46,083 nucleotides of DNA, from contig CANQYX010000005.1 in assembly GCA_947628205.1 (NCBI GenBank), positions 1 through 46,083 on the forward strand. The letters are read 5' to 3'. Made by a program: the position numbers and the translations under genes. The notes below the pieces were generated by a model, which was not told where the DNA came from, did not search any database, and worked only from the letters and a program-made list of their open reading frames with translations. Position 1 is the stretch's first letter, and every line of letters starts with the position of its first letter. Shown here piece by piece: positions 19,408-30,477 of this stretch. The stretch comes from an uncultured Clostridia bacterium (GTDB lineage: Bacteria > Bacillota > Clostridia > Christensenellales > UBA1242).

Positions 19408-19851
19408 TTATTGATTAACTTTTAAATAATAAAACAGTAAATCCATTTGAACTCCACCAGCATAAGCCAAAAGTTTTTGCATCGTTTTATTGGGCTTGCC
19501 AGTGGCGCACGAAATAATTTTAACATTTTTATTGCGCTTTTTAAGGGCATCAAAAAGTTTAAAGAATACGCCATATTTCCTATACTCTTTTTCAACATGA
19601 GTTTGGCTAACCCAAATCACTTCGCCATCATCAGCCCAATACATTTTTGAATATAGCAACATGCCAACAGGTTTGCCGTCAATTTCCGCCACCAAACAAC
19701 GAAATTTTGGATGAGAAACAAAATAATCTTTATCTAAATTTAAAGAAAAGTTGCTGTGATGGTTTACCTCGTTTACATTGTTTATTTCCGCATTGGCTTT
19801 AAGCAAATAAGGTTTATGCCCTCTTTTTGCGTTTACAATTTTAATTTGCAT
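19408..19851 (-). CDS. GNAT acetyltransferase
   Basis: LVAEIDGKPVG and HVEKEYRKYGV acetyl-CoA motif A. Confidence 0.85.
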   Translation of the reverse strand: MQIKIVNAKRGHKPYLLKANAEINNVNEVNHHSNFSLNLDKDYFVSHPKFRCLVAEIDGKPVGMLLYSKMYWADDGEVIWVSQTHVEKEYRKYGVFFKLFDALKKRNKNVKIISCATGKPNKTMQKLLAYAGGVQMDLLFYYLKVNQ

Positions 19852-19866
19852 CTATTGTCCTTTATA

Positions 19867-22293
19867 TTAATTTAAATACAGGCCAACTTCTTTGAGGGCG
19901 ATTTTGGATTTTTTAACAAGTGGTTTGCACGCACTGGTGCGGGTTTGAATTGGAATATCGTTTGTGTCAACTGTTTGAATGTCGCCGTTTTTATCGCACA
20001 GCACAACTTCGCCAGCAACGATTGGTGAAATTATGGCAAAAATTTGTTCTTTGCCAGTGATAATTTTTAGGCCTTTGCGGTTTCGGGCGCCAACAGGAAT
20101 TTCGTTTAAGCTAAACTTTTTGGCACACGCGTCCGGCGTTACAACTAAAACTCTATCTAATGTGCTAACTTGACTAGCAAAAATTAGTTTGGCTTTGTCG
20201 TTCAAGCTCATGCCAATAACACCGCCGCTGTTGCGCTTTGTAACCGGCACGGACGAATATTCAACATTAACCGCCATGCCGTCGTCCGCCACCATTAAAA
20301 TTGAAGGTGTGTTATCGTTTACTTGCGCGGCAACAACGCGGTCGAAATCCTTAAGTTTAAGCGCAATGCTGCCCGATTTCAACCCGTCATATTCGCTTGT
20401 TTCAATGCGCTTAATGTAGCCGTCTTGCGTAATAAGCACAAGTTCTTTTGCTTCCTTCAATTCGTTTTCATCAAACAGCGCAACAATTTTTTCCTTAGTT
20501 TCAGCGTGCGCAATTTGGCTGAACGCCGTGCCTTTGGTGTTGAATTTTGCGTTTGGAATTTCGCGCACTGGCAAGCGGAAGAAATTGCCAAAATTGGTGA
20601 ACGCGCAAACCGAACTATTCATGCTTGTGTGAACAACCGTTTTGTGAAGCGCGTTGATGTTATCGTACTTATAATTTGCGCTGGCGTTTTGAATTTGTTT
20701 TATATCCAGCGTTTTTAAGCGCATTCCATCGTTTGTAAGCGCAACTGCGCACTCGGTATCCAACAATTTTTCAATTGGTGTGATGTCGTATGTTTCAAAT
20801 GACTTTACAATTTTGGTTTTTCTTGGTGTGGCGTATTTTGTTTTGATTTCTAGCAGTTCTTTTTTAATAACCTCATATTGCTTAGCTTTGCTATTTAAAA
20901 TTGCGGTCAATTCTTTAATCAATTTTTTAAGGTCGGCAAGTTCTTGTTGCAATTTTTCGGTTTCTAAGTTGGTTAACCTTGCCAAGCGCATATCCAAAAT
21001 TGCTTGTGTTTGAACATCGGTCAAATTAAAGCGTGCCATTAATTTGGTTTTTGCATCGGCGGTGGATTTTGATGTTTTGATAATTTTTACAACTTCATCG
21101 ATATTTTGAATTGCTATGCACAGCCCTTCCACAATGTGAGCGCGCGCTTTTGCCTTTTCTAAATCGAATTTTGTGCGACGGACAATTACATCAAGTTGGA
21201 ATTTGACATAATAGTTAATATAATCCAGCAGGCCAAGTTGTTTAGGGCTGCCATCCGCAATTGCAACCACGTTATAGTTGAAATTGAGTTGCATATCGGT
21301 GTGCTTTAATAAAATTGCAATAATGTTATCCACATCCGCATCTTTTTTAACTTGAATAACCGCGCGCATGCCGGACTTATCGCTTTCGTCTTGAATTGCG
21401 GATATGTCTGCAAGTTCGTCTTTCATTTTTTCTTTTAAATCGTTAACCGACTTTAAAAATTCCGCCTTATTCACCTGATAAGGCAATTCGGTTATAACAA
21501 TGTTGGTTTTGCCATTTTTGTCGTCTTCTGTGTGGAAAACGGCGCGCATTGTAACCTTACCGCGACCGGTTGTATATGCTTCAACCATATCGTTGGACGC
21601 GCAAACCATGCCGCCGGTTGGAAAATCTGGCCCTTTAACAATTTTTAGCATGTCATGCAGCGAAATGCTAGGGTTATCTATAAACGCAACGCAGCCATCA
21701 ATCATTTCGCCAAGATTGTGAGTTGGAATATTTGTTGCCAAACCAACCGCAATGCCCGACGCGCCATTGACAAACAAATTTGGGAAACGGCCGGTTAGAT
21801 AATCGGGCTCTTTAAGTGTATCGTCAAAGTTGAAACTAAAAGTTACTGTATCTTTATCCAAATCTCGCATAAGTTCAAGTGCAAGCGGAGTTAAGCGGAC
21901 TTCGGTGTAACGCATTGCGGCAGGTGGGTCGCCATCTATCGAGCCAAAATTGCCATGCCCTTCAACCAGACGTTCGCCCATAACAAAATCTTGCGCCATG
22001 CGCACCATCGCCCCATAAACCGAACTGTCGCCGTGCGGATGGAATTTACCAAGTGTGTCGCCCACCACGCGCGCAGATTTTTTAAAAGGTTTATCCGGCG
22101 TTATGCCAAGTTCAACCATATCAAACAAAATGCGGCGTTGAACGGGTTTTAGGCCGTCTTCCACGCGCGGCAGGGCGCGGTCCATAATAACATATTCGCT
22201 ATACGGCAACATGGAAATTGACATGATTTCTTCAACTGTCTTTTCGTACATATTGCCTGTGGCTTGAATTTCTACCTTTTTATCTCTCATCAT
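19867..22293 (-). CDS. parC: Type IIA topoisomerase subunit A, probably topoisomerase IV ParC
   Basis: [33 protein letters not shown]; no canonical GyrA-box seen; not in an oriC context. Confidence 0.8.
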   Translation of the reverse strand: MMRDKKVEIQATGNMYEKTVEEIMSISMLPYSEYVIMDRALPRVEDGLKPVQRRILFDMVELGITPDKPFKKSARVVGDTLGKFHPHGDSSVYGAMVRMAQDFVMGERLVEGHGNFGSIDGDPPAAMRYTEVRLTPLALELMRDLDKDTVTFSFNFDDTLKEPDYLTGRFPNLFVNGASGIAVGLATNIPTHNLGEMIDGCVAFIDNPSISLHDMLKIVKGPDFPTGGMVCASNDMVEAYTTGRGKVTMRAVFHTEDDKNGKTNIVITELPYQVNKAEFLKSVNDLKEKMKDELADISAIQDESDKSGMRAVIQVKKDADVDNIIAILLKHTDMQLNFNYNVVAIADGSPKQLGLLDYINYYVKFQLDVIVRRTKFDLEKAKARAHIVEGLCIAIQNIDEVVKIIKTSKSTADAKTKLMARFNLTDVQTQAILDMRLARLTNLETEKLQQELADLKKLIKELTAILNSKAKQYEVIKKELLEIKTKYATPRKTKIVKSFETYDITPIEKLLDTECAVALTNDGMRLKTLDIKQIQNASANYKYDNINALHKTVVHTSMNSSVCAFTNFGNFFRLPVREIPNAKFNTKGTAFSQIAHAETKEKIVALFDENELKEAKELVLITQDGYIKRIETSEYDGLKSGSIALKLKDFDRVVAAQVNDNTPSILMVADDGMAVNVEYSSVPVTKRNSGGVIGMSLNDKAKLIFASQVSTLDRVLVVTPDACAKKFSLNEIPVGARNRKGLKIITGKEQIFAIISPIVAGEVVLCDKNGDIQTVDTNDIPIQTRTSACKPLVKKSKIALKEVGLYLN

Positions 22294-24235
22294 TACCCTC
22301 GCTTTCTGGCTTTTCAAAAGTGTCTAATTTATTGAAATTTGCAAACTTGTTTATATAATCTTTTCGCGGACCAACCTCATCGCCCATCCACATGGTGATT
22401 TCTTTATCCGCAAGCGCGGCATCCTCAAGAGTTACTCGAATCATGCTGCGGCGGGATGGGTCCATAGTGGTTGTCCAAAGTTGCTCGGCACTCATTTCGC
22501 CAAGGCCTTTATAACGCTGAATGGTGTAATTTTTCAAATTTTTGGTGTAATCTGCAAGTTCTTCGTCCGAATAGCAATATTTTTGCTTGCCCGTTGTTTC
22601 AACCATATAAAGCGGTGGCATGCCAACATAAATGTTGCCGTTTGTAATTAATGGGCGCATATAGCGGAAAAAGAAAGTTAACAATATGCACCTAATGTGC
22701 ATACCATCTTGGTCGGCATCACTTAAAATGATGATTTTGTTATATTTTAAATTTTCAAGTTTGAAATCCTCGCCTATGCCCGTGCCAATTGCGCCGATAA
22801 TGGTGCGAATTTCCTCGTTGGCAAGCACTTGGTCTATGCGCTTTTTCTCGCTATTAAGTGGCTTGCCACGCAAGGGCAAAATGGCTTGATAATATCTATC
22901 TCGCCCCTGTTTTGCCGTGCCGCCCGCACTGTCCCCCTCAACAATAAACACCTCGTTAAGTTCGGCATTTTTGCTTGTGCAGTTGGCTAGTTTGCCAATT
23001 AGCATGCTGCCTTCAATTGAATTTTTGGCGCGAGTTAAATCTTTAGCGCGTTTTGCAGCCGCGCGAACGCGAGCCGCACCCTTTGCCTTTTCTATTATAA
23101 TATTGCCAATGTTTTCGTTTTTCTTGCTTGCAAAAAATTCGTTTAGCCCTTGCGTGCAAACGCTTTCAACGCGTGCGCGCGCCTCTGGGTTGCCAAGTTT
23201 GGTTTTTGTTTGCCCCTCAAACTGAACATTTTTCATTTTAATGGACAAAACCGCCACCAACCCCTCGCGGAAATCGTCGCCAATAAAGGTTATATCCTTA
23301 TCTTTAGGAGTAAGATGCTTTTTATAAAAATCGTTAAGCACTTTTGTTAATGCCATTTTAAAGCCGACTTCGTGCGTGCCGCCCTCTGGCGTTGGAATGT
23401 TGTTTACATAACTAAAAATGCTTTCGGTGTAATTGTCCACATATTGCAGCGCAAGCGCCACGCGTGTGTCCTCAATTTCGTCCTCAATATAAATTGGTGG
23501 CACGAAAAGCGGTTTTTTGTCCATGGTCAAACTTGTAACGTAATCCCTAATTCCGCCCTCATAGCACAATGTTTCTTGCTTATTGGTGCGCTCGTCAATC
23601 AGTTCAATGTGAACGCCCTTATTCAAAAATGCGGTTTCTTTTAACCTTTCTAAAACGGTGTTATAATCAAACTTAATGTCCTTAAACACCCTATCATCTG
23701 GCAAAAAGCGGACATAAGTGCCTTTAAGGGTTGTGTTGCCCACTTCGTGCAGCTTGTCCACCGCAACGCCGCTGTGAATTTTGCCGCCGCGCTCTATGCT
23801 TTCAAAGCGCGCAAAATATTTTTTGCCGTCTTTATAAACCGTAACTTCCAAATATCTTGAAAGCGCGTTGGTTACACTCGCGCCCACACCGTGCAAGCCG
23901 CCCGAATATTTATAGTTGGCATCTCCAAACTTGCCGCCCGCGTGCAGTTGGGTGAAAACCACTTCCACGCCGCTGACTTTCAATTTTGGGTGCGGACTGA
24001 CCGGAATGCCACGCCCGTTATCCAAAACCGATGCAGTGCCGTCCTTATGAAGCGTTACCACAACTTTGTTGCCATAACCGTTGGCAACTTCGTCAATTGC
24101 GTTGTCTATAATCTCCCACAACAAATGGTGCAAACCTTTAATGCCCGTTGTGCCAATGTACATACCCGGGCGCATGCGCACCGCGTCAAGGCCTTCCAAA
24201 ACAATCAAATCTTTACTATCATAACTGCTAGCCAT
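22280..24235 (-). CDS. parE: Type IIA topoisomerase subunit B, probably ParE
   Basis: [59 protein letters not shown]. Confidence 0.8.
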   Translation of the reverse strand: MASSYDSKDLIVLEGLDAVRMRPGMYIGTTGIKGLHHLLWEIIDNAIDEVANGYGNKVVVTLHKDGTASVLDNGRGIPVSPHPKLKVSGVEVVFTQLHAGGKFGDANYKYSGGLHGVGASVTNALSRYLEVTVYKDGKKYFARFESIERGGKIHSGVAVDKLHEVGNTTLKGTYVRFLPDDRVFKDIKFDYNTVLERLKETAFLNKGVHIELIDERTNKQETLCYEGGIRDYVTSLTMDKKPLFVPPIYIEDEIEDTRVALALQYVDNYTESIFSYVNNIPTPEGGTHEVGFKMALTKVLNDFYKKHLTPKDKDITFIGDDFREGLVAVLSIKMKNVQFEGQTKTKLGNPEARARVESVCTQGLNEFFASKKNENIGNIIIEKAKGAARVRAAAKRAKDLTRAKNSIEGSMLIGKLANCTSKNAELNEVFIVEGDSAGGTAKQGRDRYYQAILPLRGKPLNSEKKRIDQVLANEEIRTIIGAIGTGIGEDFKLENLKYNKIIILSDADQDGMHIRCILLTFFFRYMRPLITNGNIYVGMPPLYMVETTGKQKYCYSDEELADYTKNLKNYTIQRYKGLGEMSAEQLWTTTMDPSRRSMIRVTLEDAALADKEITMWMGDEVGPRKDYINKFANFNKLDTFEKPESEGNDER

Positions 24236-24276
24236 AATTACCCCTTTTCTCTTTAAGTTTTTAATTTTCCGCGCTA

Positions 24277-24305
24277 ATTATACCAAAAATTTTTAAATAA
24301 AGCAA
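24277..24305 (-). promoter_or_regulatory. SigA promoter TTGCTT-17-TATAAT for parE-parC
   Basis: Consensus match with extended TG. Confidence 0.65.
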
Positions 24306-24444
24306 TTAATTTTGCCACCCCGCGAAATTTGTGGGTTTTAAATTCACAAGCGGTTTTGCCTTTTATTTAGGCACTTACAATAATTAATTATTATTAATAT
24401 AAAAGGTTAAAAACTTCAAAAGGTCTAAAAAATTAAAAAACATA

Positions 24445-24473
24445 TTGACAACTTCATTTTTACATGCTATAAT
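24445..24473 (+). promoter_or_regulatory. Perfect SigA promoter TTGACA-17-TATAAT
   Basis: Direct match with extended TG; near-identical to 41060-41090. Confidence 0.85.
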
Positions 24474-24511
24474 TAGGCAAGTTCAACAAAATTATTTTAA
24501 AGGAGCAAATT

Positions 24512-25183
24512 ATGACAATAAAAGAAATTGAAGAACAAAAAAACTTGATTGTTGCCTGCCAAGAGAGATTGAAACAACTAGAAAAAGATTTAGAAAAAAC
24601 AAAAATAGAAAAATCTATACTAGAAGAAAGAATTAAAGACTTTGGCATTAACGAATACAAGATAAAAGACGAAATTAGAGATTTAGAACGAGTTGTTATT
24701 GCTGAACTTGATGTGGAAGAATTGTGTAATGAACTTGGTGCGCTTGATAGCAACCCTGAAAATGTAAAACATTCTAAGCCTAAGTTTAACACCGGTTTAA
24801 GTATATCCTCAAAGGATTCTTTAAAACAATATTTAGGCAAAGATGCAAATAAAAAATCAATTAATGAAGCAAAAGAAGAATGTGCTAAAAAGCCATTTCA
24901 TTTTGCATCATTCATCTCTACAAATAAACGCAATTATATGTTATATAGCACCTATGATGGCACTGAACTAGTAAATGGCCAACCACTTTATCAATATTTG
25001 AAAATAACTAATCAAGGAATGGACAGTTATTTTGATGGTGAATTTGTATATTTTGGCTTTGACGAAGATTTCTATAAAAACATAAAAGTTAAAATAACTC
25101 TTGCACAAATGAAAGCTTTTCCAAACCTTGAAACGGCTGTTATGGATATATTAAAAAGGCACGAAAAAGCCCAAAATGTTTAA
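24512..25183 (+). CDS. Orphan hypothetical protein with N-terminal coiled coil
   Basis: AAGGAG RBS, own promoter and terminator; no family recognised. Confidence 0.8.
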   Translation: MTIKEIEEQKNLIVACQERLKQLEKDLEKTKIEKSILEERIKDFGINEYKIKDEIRDLERVVIAELDVEELCNELGALDSNPENVKHSKPKFNTGLSISSKDSLKQYLGKDANKKSINEAKEECAKKPFHFASFISTNKRNYMLYSTYDGTELVNGQPLYQYLKITNQGMDSYFDGEFVYFGFDEDFYKNIKVKITLAQMKAFPNLETAVMDILKRHEKAQNV

Positions 25184-25212
25184 TAAATTTAATTTTAATT
25201 AACTTTAAAAGC

Positions 25213-25240
25213 AAAAAGAGTTCAAAACGAACTCTTTTTT
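25213..25240. terminator. Bidirectional terminator between the orphan gene and ddl
   Basis: aaaaagagttc-aaaac-gaactcttttt. Confidence 0.8.
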
Positions 25241-26309
25241 ATATTTTTTTATTTAGCACATCGGTTTTAAAATAAGCAAATTTTTGCGGTTTGGTGGCGT
25301 TGGCAATTAATTTTTCAATTAGGGTTATATAGTCAATGCCTAAATCCTCATAAAGATAAAATGCCATACTGCCGGGGATGGTGTTAATTTCGTTGAAATA
25401 GAGTTTTGAGTTGGATTTATCATAAATATAGTCGATGCGCACCACGCCGTTCATGTTGAGTGCAGTGTAAATTTTTTTGGTGTATTCGCAAATTTGCTTT
25501 TTCAGTTTGGCGGAGATTTTAGCAGGGATAATTCTATCCTGCCCTTTTGTTTTGGGTGAAGTGTATTTTTCGTTAAAAGTTAAAACGGCGGATTTAGAAA
25601 TTGGGTTTTCAATTGCGCTTAAAATCAGTTCGCCATTATCCATAAAACATGCTTGATTATACTCCGCCAAATCGGTTATGCGCTCTTCAACAAGCGCGTT
25701 GTCGTTAAGTTCAAAAATGGCGTCAATTTGTTCGGCGAAATCCGCTTTGTTGCATGCCTTAACGCCTATGCTTGAGCCAAGCGCGTTGGGTTTAACAATT
25801 AAATTGTCTGCAAACTCCGCTTTAATTTTTTCAATTTGTTCTACCCTATTTTGTGGCGTTACAAGTTCGCCTTTAACTGTTGGCACAATGTCTGCAAGCA
25901 GAGTTTTTGTTAGGTGTTTATCCATTGCAATGTGCGAGGCAATTGCGTCCGCGCTGGTGCATGAAATTTTGTTGATGTTAAAGAAGGCGGACAAATCGCC
26001 ATTTTCGCCTACGCCACCATGGCAACAATTTATTACGCAAGAAATGTCGCAATACTTTTTTAAAAACACATTTTTAACATAAATTGCGCCATTTGAAATT
26101 ATTATTGGCTTTAATTTTAAATTGTTTTTATCTTTAAAAAAGGCAATGTCATGGGCATTTGTTGCCAGATAAAAATTGTTGTTTAGGTCAAGATAAATTT
26201 TTTCAATTTTATATTTGCTTTCCAAATTTTTTGCTAGTTGCATGCCAGTGATAATTGAAATGTCATGCTCTGTGCTTGCTCCGCCAAAAATAACACATAA
26301 TTTTTCCAT
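25239..26309 (-). CDS. ddl: D-alanine--D-alanine ligase family protein
   Basis: FGGASTEHDISI, HGGVGENG, KPNALGSSIGV, EKY, RIDY, NEINTIPGS. Confidence 0.92.
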   Translation of the reverse strand: MEKLCVIFGGASTEHDISIITGMQLAKNLESKYKIEKIYLDLNNNFYLATNAHDIAFFKDKNNLKLKPIIISNGAIYVKNVFLKKYCDISCVINCCHGGVGENGDLSAFFNINKISCTSADAIASHIAMDKHLTKTLLADIVPTVKGELVTPQNRVEQIEKIKAEFADNLIVKPNALGSSIGVKACNKADFAEQIDAIFELNDNALVEERITDLAEYNQACFMDNGELILSAIENPISKSAVLTFNEKYTSPKTKGQDRIIPAKISAKLKKQICEYTKKIYTALNMNGVVRIDYIYDKSNSKLYFNEINTIPGSMAFYLYEDLGIDYITLIEKLIANATKPQKFAYFKTDVLNKKI

Positions 26310-26365
26310 AACTTTATTTATGAAACACTTTTTTATTTAGTGAATTTTTATTTGTCTAAATTTTA

Positions 26366-26471
26366 TTGAGATTGCCATAGCGTTCTTATGGTAAGAACGC
26401 TTCACAATGACACTTTGTTTTTTATGTCATTGCGAGGGAAAGCCACCATGACTCTCCCGTGGCAATATCAA
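26366..26471. repeat. Inverted dimer of TGTC/CGTC-type palindromic (REP-like) repeats
   Basis: gagattgcca...caatgaca (26368-26412) faces tgtcattgcgag...tggcaatatc (26425-26469). Confidence 0.8.
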
Positions 26472-26592
26472 CCTTGTTTTTTTTGACAAAAGAGAAACAG
26501 AAAGACAAACTAAAATTTGCCAATTTTCAACAAAAAAATTTAAAATTTTTAAAAATTTACCTAATTTTTCAACTTTTTTCATATATTTTAGT

Positions 26593-27420
26593 ATGAATTT
26601 TTTATTTAAGGGCGAGTTGATTGATTATGATTTTTTGGAAATTAACGAAAACAATAATGAAACAAACAAGGAAATAAAAAACAAATCATTTCAAAATTTT
26701 AATAATCAAATTATAAAAAATAATTCATTTAAAAAATGCGAAAGTGAAAATATAGATTTTAATAATTCAACAAAAAAAGAAACTGTTGTGTTTTTGCATG
26801 GCTGGGGTGGGGATAAAAATTCGTTTAAATCCACAATCAATTTGTTAAAACACAAATTCATCATTTTGGCAGTTACCATACCAACAATTGCCAACACAGT
26901 TGTTGCGTGGAGTTTAATAGATTATGCCAATTTAGTTTTGGCGTTGTGCAAATTGCATGGCATAAATTCAATTTATGTCGTCTGCCATAGTTTTGGGTTT
27001 AGAGTGGCAAGCATATTAAAACAACAAATTGAAATTAAAAAAATTGTGGTTACAGGTGGCGCTGGGTTAAAGAAATTTTCAATTATAAAAAAGTTAGAAA
27101 CAAACAACAACAAAATTTTGCTAAGCCAAGCGCGGTTTAAATTTTTATATAACTCAATTGCGAGCGCGGACTATTCCGCCCTCTCGCCCATCAATAAAAA
27201 AACATTTAGCGCGGTCGTGGGCGTTGCGTTCAATAAATTTTGTAAATTCAATTGCCCCATGCTTTTATTTTGGGGAAAGCGAGATAGCGAAACAAAACTT
27301 TGGATTGCAGAAAAATTGAAGCGAGAAAATGACGCAAAATTGATTGTGTCAAATTCCGACCATTTTGCATATTTAAAAGAAAACGCAAGATTTAACAACG
27401 AAGTTTTAAATTTTTTGTAA
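26593..27420 (+). CDS. Alpha/beta hydrolase with Asn-rich insertion
   Basis: FLHGWG, CHSFG nucleophile elbow, WGKRD, DHFAY. Confidence 0.88.
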   Translation: MNFLFKGELIDYDFLEINENNNETNKEIKNKSFQNFNNQIIKNNSFKKCESENIDFNNSTKKETVVFLHGWGGDKNSFKSTINLLKHKFIILAVTIPTIANTVVAWSLIDYANLVLALCKLHGINSIYVVCHSFGFRVASILKQQIEIKKIVVTGGAGLKKFSIIKKLETNNNKILLSQARFKFLYNSIASADYSALSPINKKTFSAVVGVAFNKFCKFNCPMLLFWGKRDSETKLWIAEKLKRENDAKLIVSNSDHFAYLKENARFNNEVLNFL

Positions 27421-27421
27421 C

Positions 27422-28912
27422 ATGATTTTAAATTATTGTGTAAACTTAATTATTTTGGTTTTCAATTGCATATTTTTTGAAAAATATTTACACATTTGGC
27501 AGTTAAAAGATTACAATGCAACGCGCTATCTTTCGCACTTCAAAAACAAATTTTGGCTTTGCGCGTTTTATTTCATTTTGTTTTTGCTAGAAATAATTTT
27601 TAAAAATTATATATTAAATGTTTGCTTAAACACCCTTGCTTTAATTGTAAATTTATGGTTTATTTCAAAACTAATAACCAGCAATAAAACGCCACTAAAT
27701 TACACGGGCAAAATTAAGCGATTGTATGCAATTTCCGCAATAACTTTGGCGCTAATTTCTATATTTTACTATGGCGGAATTATTTCTATTTTCGTGTTGT
27801 TGTTTTTGCCTATAATTTCAAACTTTTTAAATGTTTACGATAAAATTAAAAACCAAAAATTTATAAAATCCGCACAAATTAAGTTAGCGCAAAACAAAGC
27901 AAAAATTATTGCAATAACGGGCAGCAACGGGAAAACAAGTGTTAAAGACATTTTGGCTGAAATGCTAAAAAAATATAATGTTTTGGCATCACCAAAAAGT
28001 TACAACACTCCGCTTGGCATAAGCAAATTTATAAACGACAGCAATTTGGAAAATTGCAATTACATAATTTTGGAATATGGCGCGCGCCACCTTGGTGATG
28101 TTAAAAAATTGTGCAAAATTTTTGGCGCAGATTATGGCATAATAACTCTTGTTGCTCCACAACATTTGGAAAGTTTTAAAACTATGCACAACATTTTTAA
28201 AGCAAAAAAAGAGTTATCCGATTTTTTAGGCGAAAAATTATGTGTTTACAACTTAGATAATATTTACACTTACAAAATGCACGCCAAAAAAGTTGGCAAA
28301 AAAATTGGTATTTCAATTTTTGGCAATGCAGATATTTATTTAACCGATTTCCAAATTAAAAATTTTAAAACCGAATTTAAAATTCAATATAAAAACAAAG
28401 CATATTCCGCCAAAACAAAACTTTTAGGCAGGCATAACGCTACCAACATTTTGCTTGCCACCGCCCTTGCGTTAAATTTGGGCGTTGACATGCCTGAAAT
28501 TACTGAAACTATTAAAAAATTAAACTATGTTCCGCACCGGCTTGAACTAATTAAAAGCAACATTAACATTTTGGATGATAGTTACAATTGTTCGCTTGCA
28601 AGCGCGAAAGAAGCATTGTATGTTTTGCAATCCTGCCCCAACAAAAAAGTGGTCGCAACTCCTGGCATAATTGAGGGTGGAGATTGCCAATTTGAAATTA
28701 ATTATGAGCTTGGCGAAATGCTTGCTTGTGCGGATGAAGTTATTGTTATTGGCGAAACAAACAAAAACGCGCTTACGCGCGGAATGGAGAGTAAAAAATT
28801 TAAAAAATACAAATGCACTAAAACGCTTGACGATGCAAAAAATGAGTTTTCCAAATTAAAAAAGAATGACACTCTTTTGCTTTTAAACGATTTGCCGGAT
28901 GACTATAAATAA
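27422..28912 (+). CDS. murF: MurF-like Mur ligase with N-terminal membrane segments
   Basis: AITGSNGKTSVK, SYNTPLG, QHLESF, HRLE, DDSYN, LLLNDLPDDY. Confidence 0.85.
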   Translation: MILNYCVNLIILVFNCIFFEKYLHIWQLKDYNATRYLSHFKNKFWLCAFYFILFLLEIIFKNYILNVCLNTLALIVNLWFISKLITSNKTPLNYTGKIKRLYAISAITLALISIFYYGGIISIFVLLFLPIISNFLNVYDKIKNQKFIKSAQIKLAQNKAKIIAITGSNGKTSVKDILAEMLKKYNVLASPKSYNTPLGISKFINDSNLENCNYIILEYGARHLGDVKKLCKIFGADYGIITLVAPQHLESFKTMHNIFKAKKELSDFLGEKLCVYNLDNIYTYKMHAKKVGKKIGISIFGNADIYLTDFQIKNFKTEFKIQYKNKAYSAKTKLLGRHNATNILLATALALNLGVDMPEITETIKKLNYVPHRLELIKSNINILDDSYNCSLASAKEALYVLQSCPNKKVVATPGIIEGGDCQFEINYELGEMLACADEVIVIGETNKNALTRGMESKKFKKYKCTKTLDDAKNEFSKLKKNDTLLLLNDLPDDYK

Positions 28913-28939
28913 GAATTCAAATATAAATTATTTAAAATG

Positions 28940-28967
28940 GAGATTTTTCGCTACGCTCAAAATGACA
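28940..28967. repeat. Single TGTC-type palindromic repeat
   Basis: gagatttttcgctacgctcaaaatgaca matches 45176-45203. Confidence 0.8.
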
Positions 28968-29030
28968 GCTCGTGTTTTACGTTTGGCTAAGTTATTTAAA
29001 ATTTTTTTGTGTTTTTCTTGTTTTATATCA

Positions 29031-30074
29031 TTAAATTCGCTTAACCATTTCCAAGCAAGTTGCGCCATCGGCATAATAATTTTTGCGTTTGCGACGCAAA
29101 GTAAACCCAAGTTTTTTGTATAATAAATATGCTGTTATATTTTTTTCATTTACTTCTAAACTTAATGTGTTAATTTTATTTTTCTTGGCAAAATTTATGG
29201 CTTTTTCAATGAGTTTTGTTGCAATGCCTAAATTTCTGAATTCCTTTTTAACGGCAATGCTAACAATATTGATTTCATCCGTCATTTGCAAAATAACAAA
29301 ACCGACAATTTCCGCATTAAATTCTGCCACAAAAATTTTATATAGTTTATTTTTGTGCATATCTTCAATTTCTTGCGCTGACAAAACGTTTGTTAAAATA
29401 TTTTGTTTTTCAATTTCTGCAATGCACGCTAAATCCTTTTTCGTTGATGCTTTTATTTTTAAATCACCACGTTTTAATTTTTCCCGTTCCGCTTGCGAAA
29501 GTTGATAATAAACAGGAGTGAGCGAAGTTTGCTTGTTTTTTTCGTAGCAATCGCACACCGTTTTTGCATTAAGTTTTACAACAAAACAATTTAAATTTTC
29601 GTTACGTTCAAACATTCCAATTGGCTTGTTTTCAGCCAAAATTTTTAGTTCTTCTAAACTTAAATTACGCTCGAATTTATATACAATTCCATTAATAAGT
29701 TTTGCGACAAAATAGCTGTTGTAACTGCCACAAATTGCAACCGTTTCAACCTTGCTATTTTGTGCGGTGGCAAGCGCGAACAACAAGTCCAAATTATTAA
29801 GCCCGAACGCTGGTTTATTTAGCGCATCCCTTAAAGCTAAAATAGTTGCAACGCCCACCCTGATGCCAGTGAAAGAGCCGGGGCCAATTATCACACCTAA
29901 CTCGTCTATTTCGTTTACTTTAAGTTTGTTTTGTTTTAACATTTCGTCAATTTTAGTTAGCATGATTTCGTTGTGATGTTGCCTATTTTTTTCCGATGAA
30001 AAAAACAATTTGTTATTTTTAGATAACAAAATTGTTAGTTCTTCATTTGCTGTGTTTAAAATTAATTTATTCAT
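29031..30074 (-). CDS. tsaB-rimI: Fused TsaB (YeaZ) plus RimI-like acetyltransferase
   Basis: GPGSFTGIRVG in the N-part; IAVKKEFRNLGIA, LEV..N..A..LY.KLGF..RKNYY in the C-part. Confidence 0.9.
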   Translation of the reverse strand: MNKLILNTANEELTILLSKNNKLFFSSEKNRQHHNEIMLTKIDEMLKQNKLKVNEIDELGVIIGPGSFTGIRVGVATILALRDALNKPAFGLNNLDLLFALATAQNSKVETVAICGSYNSYFVAKLINGIVYKFERNLSLEELKILAENKPIGMFERNENLNCFVVKLNAKTVCDCYEKNKQTSLTPVYYQLSQAEREKLKRGDLKIKASTKKDLACIAEIEKQNILTNVLSAQEIEDMHKNKLYKIFVAEFNAEIVGFVILQMTDEINIVSIAVKKEFRNLGIATKLIEKAINFAKKNKINTLSLEVNEKNITAYLLYKKLGFTLRRKRKNYYADGATCLEMVKRI

Positions 30075-30477
30075 TTATTTCAAATTCTCGCGTTGTTTCG
30101 TTAATATATTTTATATTAACAACTTTTCGTTTTCGCGGCACAAGCGGTTCTATGTTCTGTGCCCATTCAATAAAGAAAACTCTATCTTTTTTGCTTAAAA
30201 CTTCGTCTAAGCCAATTTCTATTGCTTCATCGAGATTTATTCTGTATGCATCAATATGTTCAAACAAAAATTTGCCTTTATACGATTTTAATATGGCAAA
30301 TGTGGGAGAATTTACAATGTCTTTAACACCCAATGCACGCAAAACATGCTGAGTAAAAGTCGTTTTGCCTGCGCCCAAATCTCCATTAAGCACAACAACA
30401 TCGCCTTTTTTTATTGTTTTTGCAAAATTATCTGCCAACAAAGCGGTTTCTGCAAGAGTGGTAACGCGTTTTTTCAT
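30067..30477 (-). CDS. tsaE: tRNA threonylcarbamoyladenosine biosynthesis ATPase TsaE
   Basis: GDLGAGKTTF, SPTF, HIDAYR, IEWA. Confidence 0.95.
   Translation of the reverse strand: MKKRVTTLAETALLADNFAKTIKKGDVVVLNGDLGAGKTTFTQHVLRALGVKDIVNSPTFAILKSYKGKFLFEHIDAYRINLDEAIEIGLDEVLSKKDRVFFIEWAQNIEPLVPRKRKVVNIKYINETTREFEINE

Noticed and set aside
19867-24235. DNA gyrase gyrB-gyrA
   Set aside because: No canonical GyrA-box and no dnaA/recF context; topoisomerase IV is more likely but not proven.
25239-26309. Van-type D-Ala-D-Lac ligase
   Set aside because: The omega loop keeps KY, and no vanH/X/R/S genes are nearby.
28899-29123. Small ORFs 28899-29123 and 28928-29110
   Set aside because: They overlap real genes and read through the palindromic repeat (VILSVAKNL); probably spurious.
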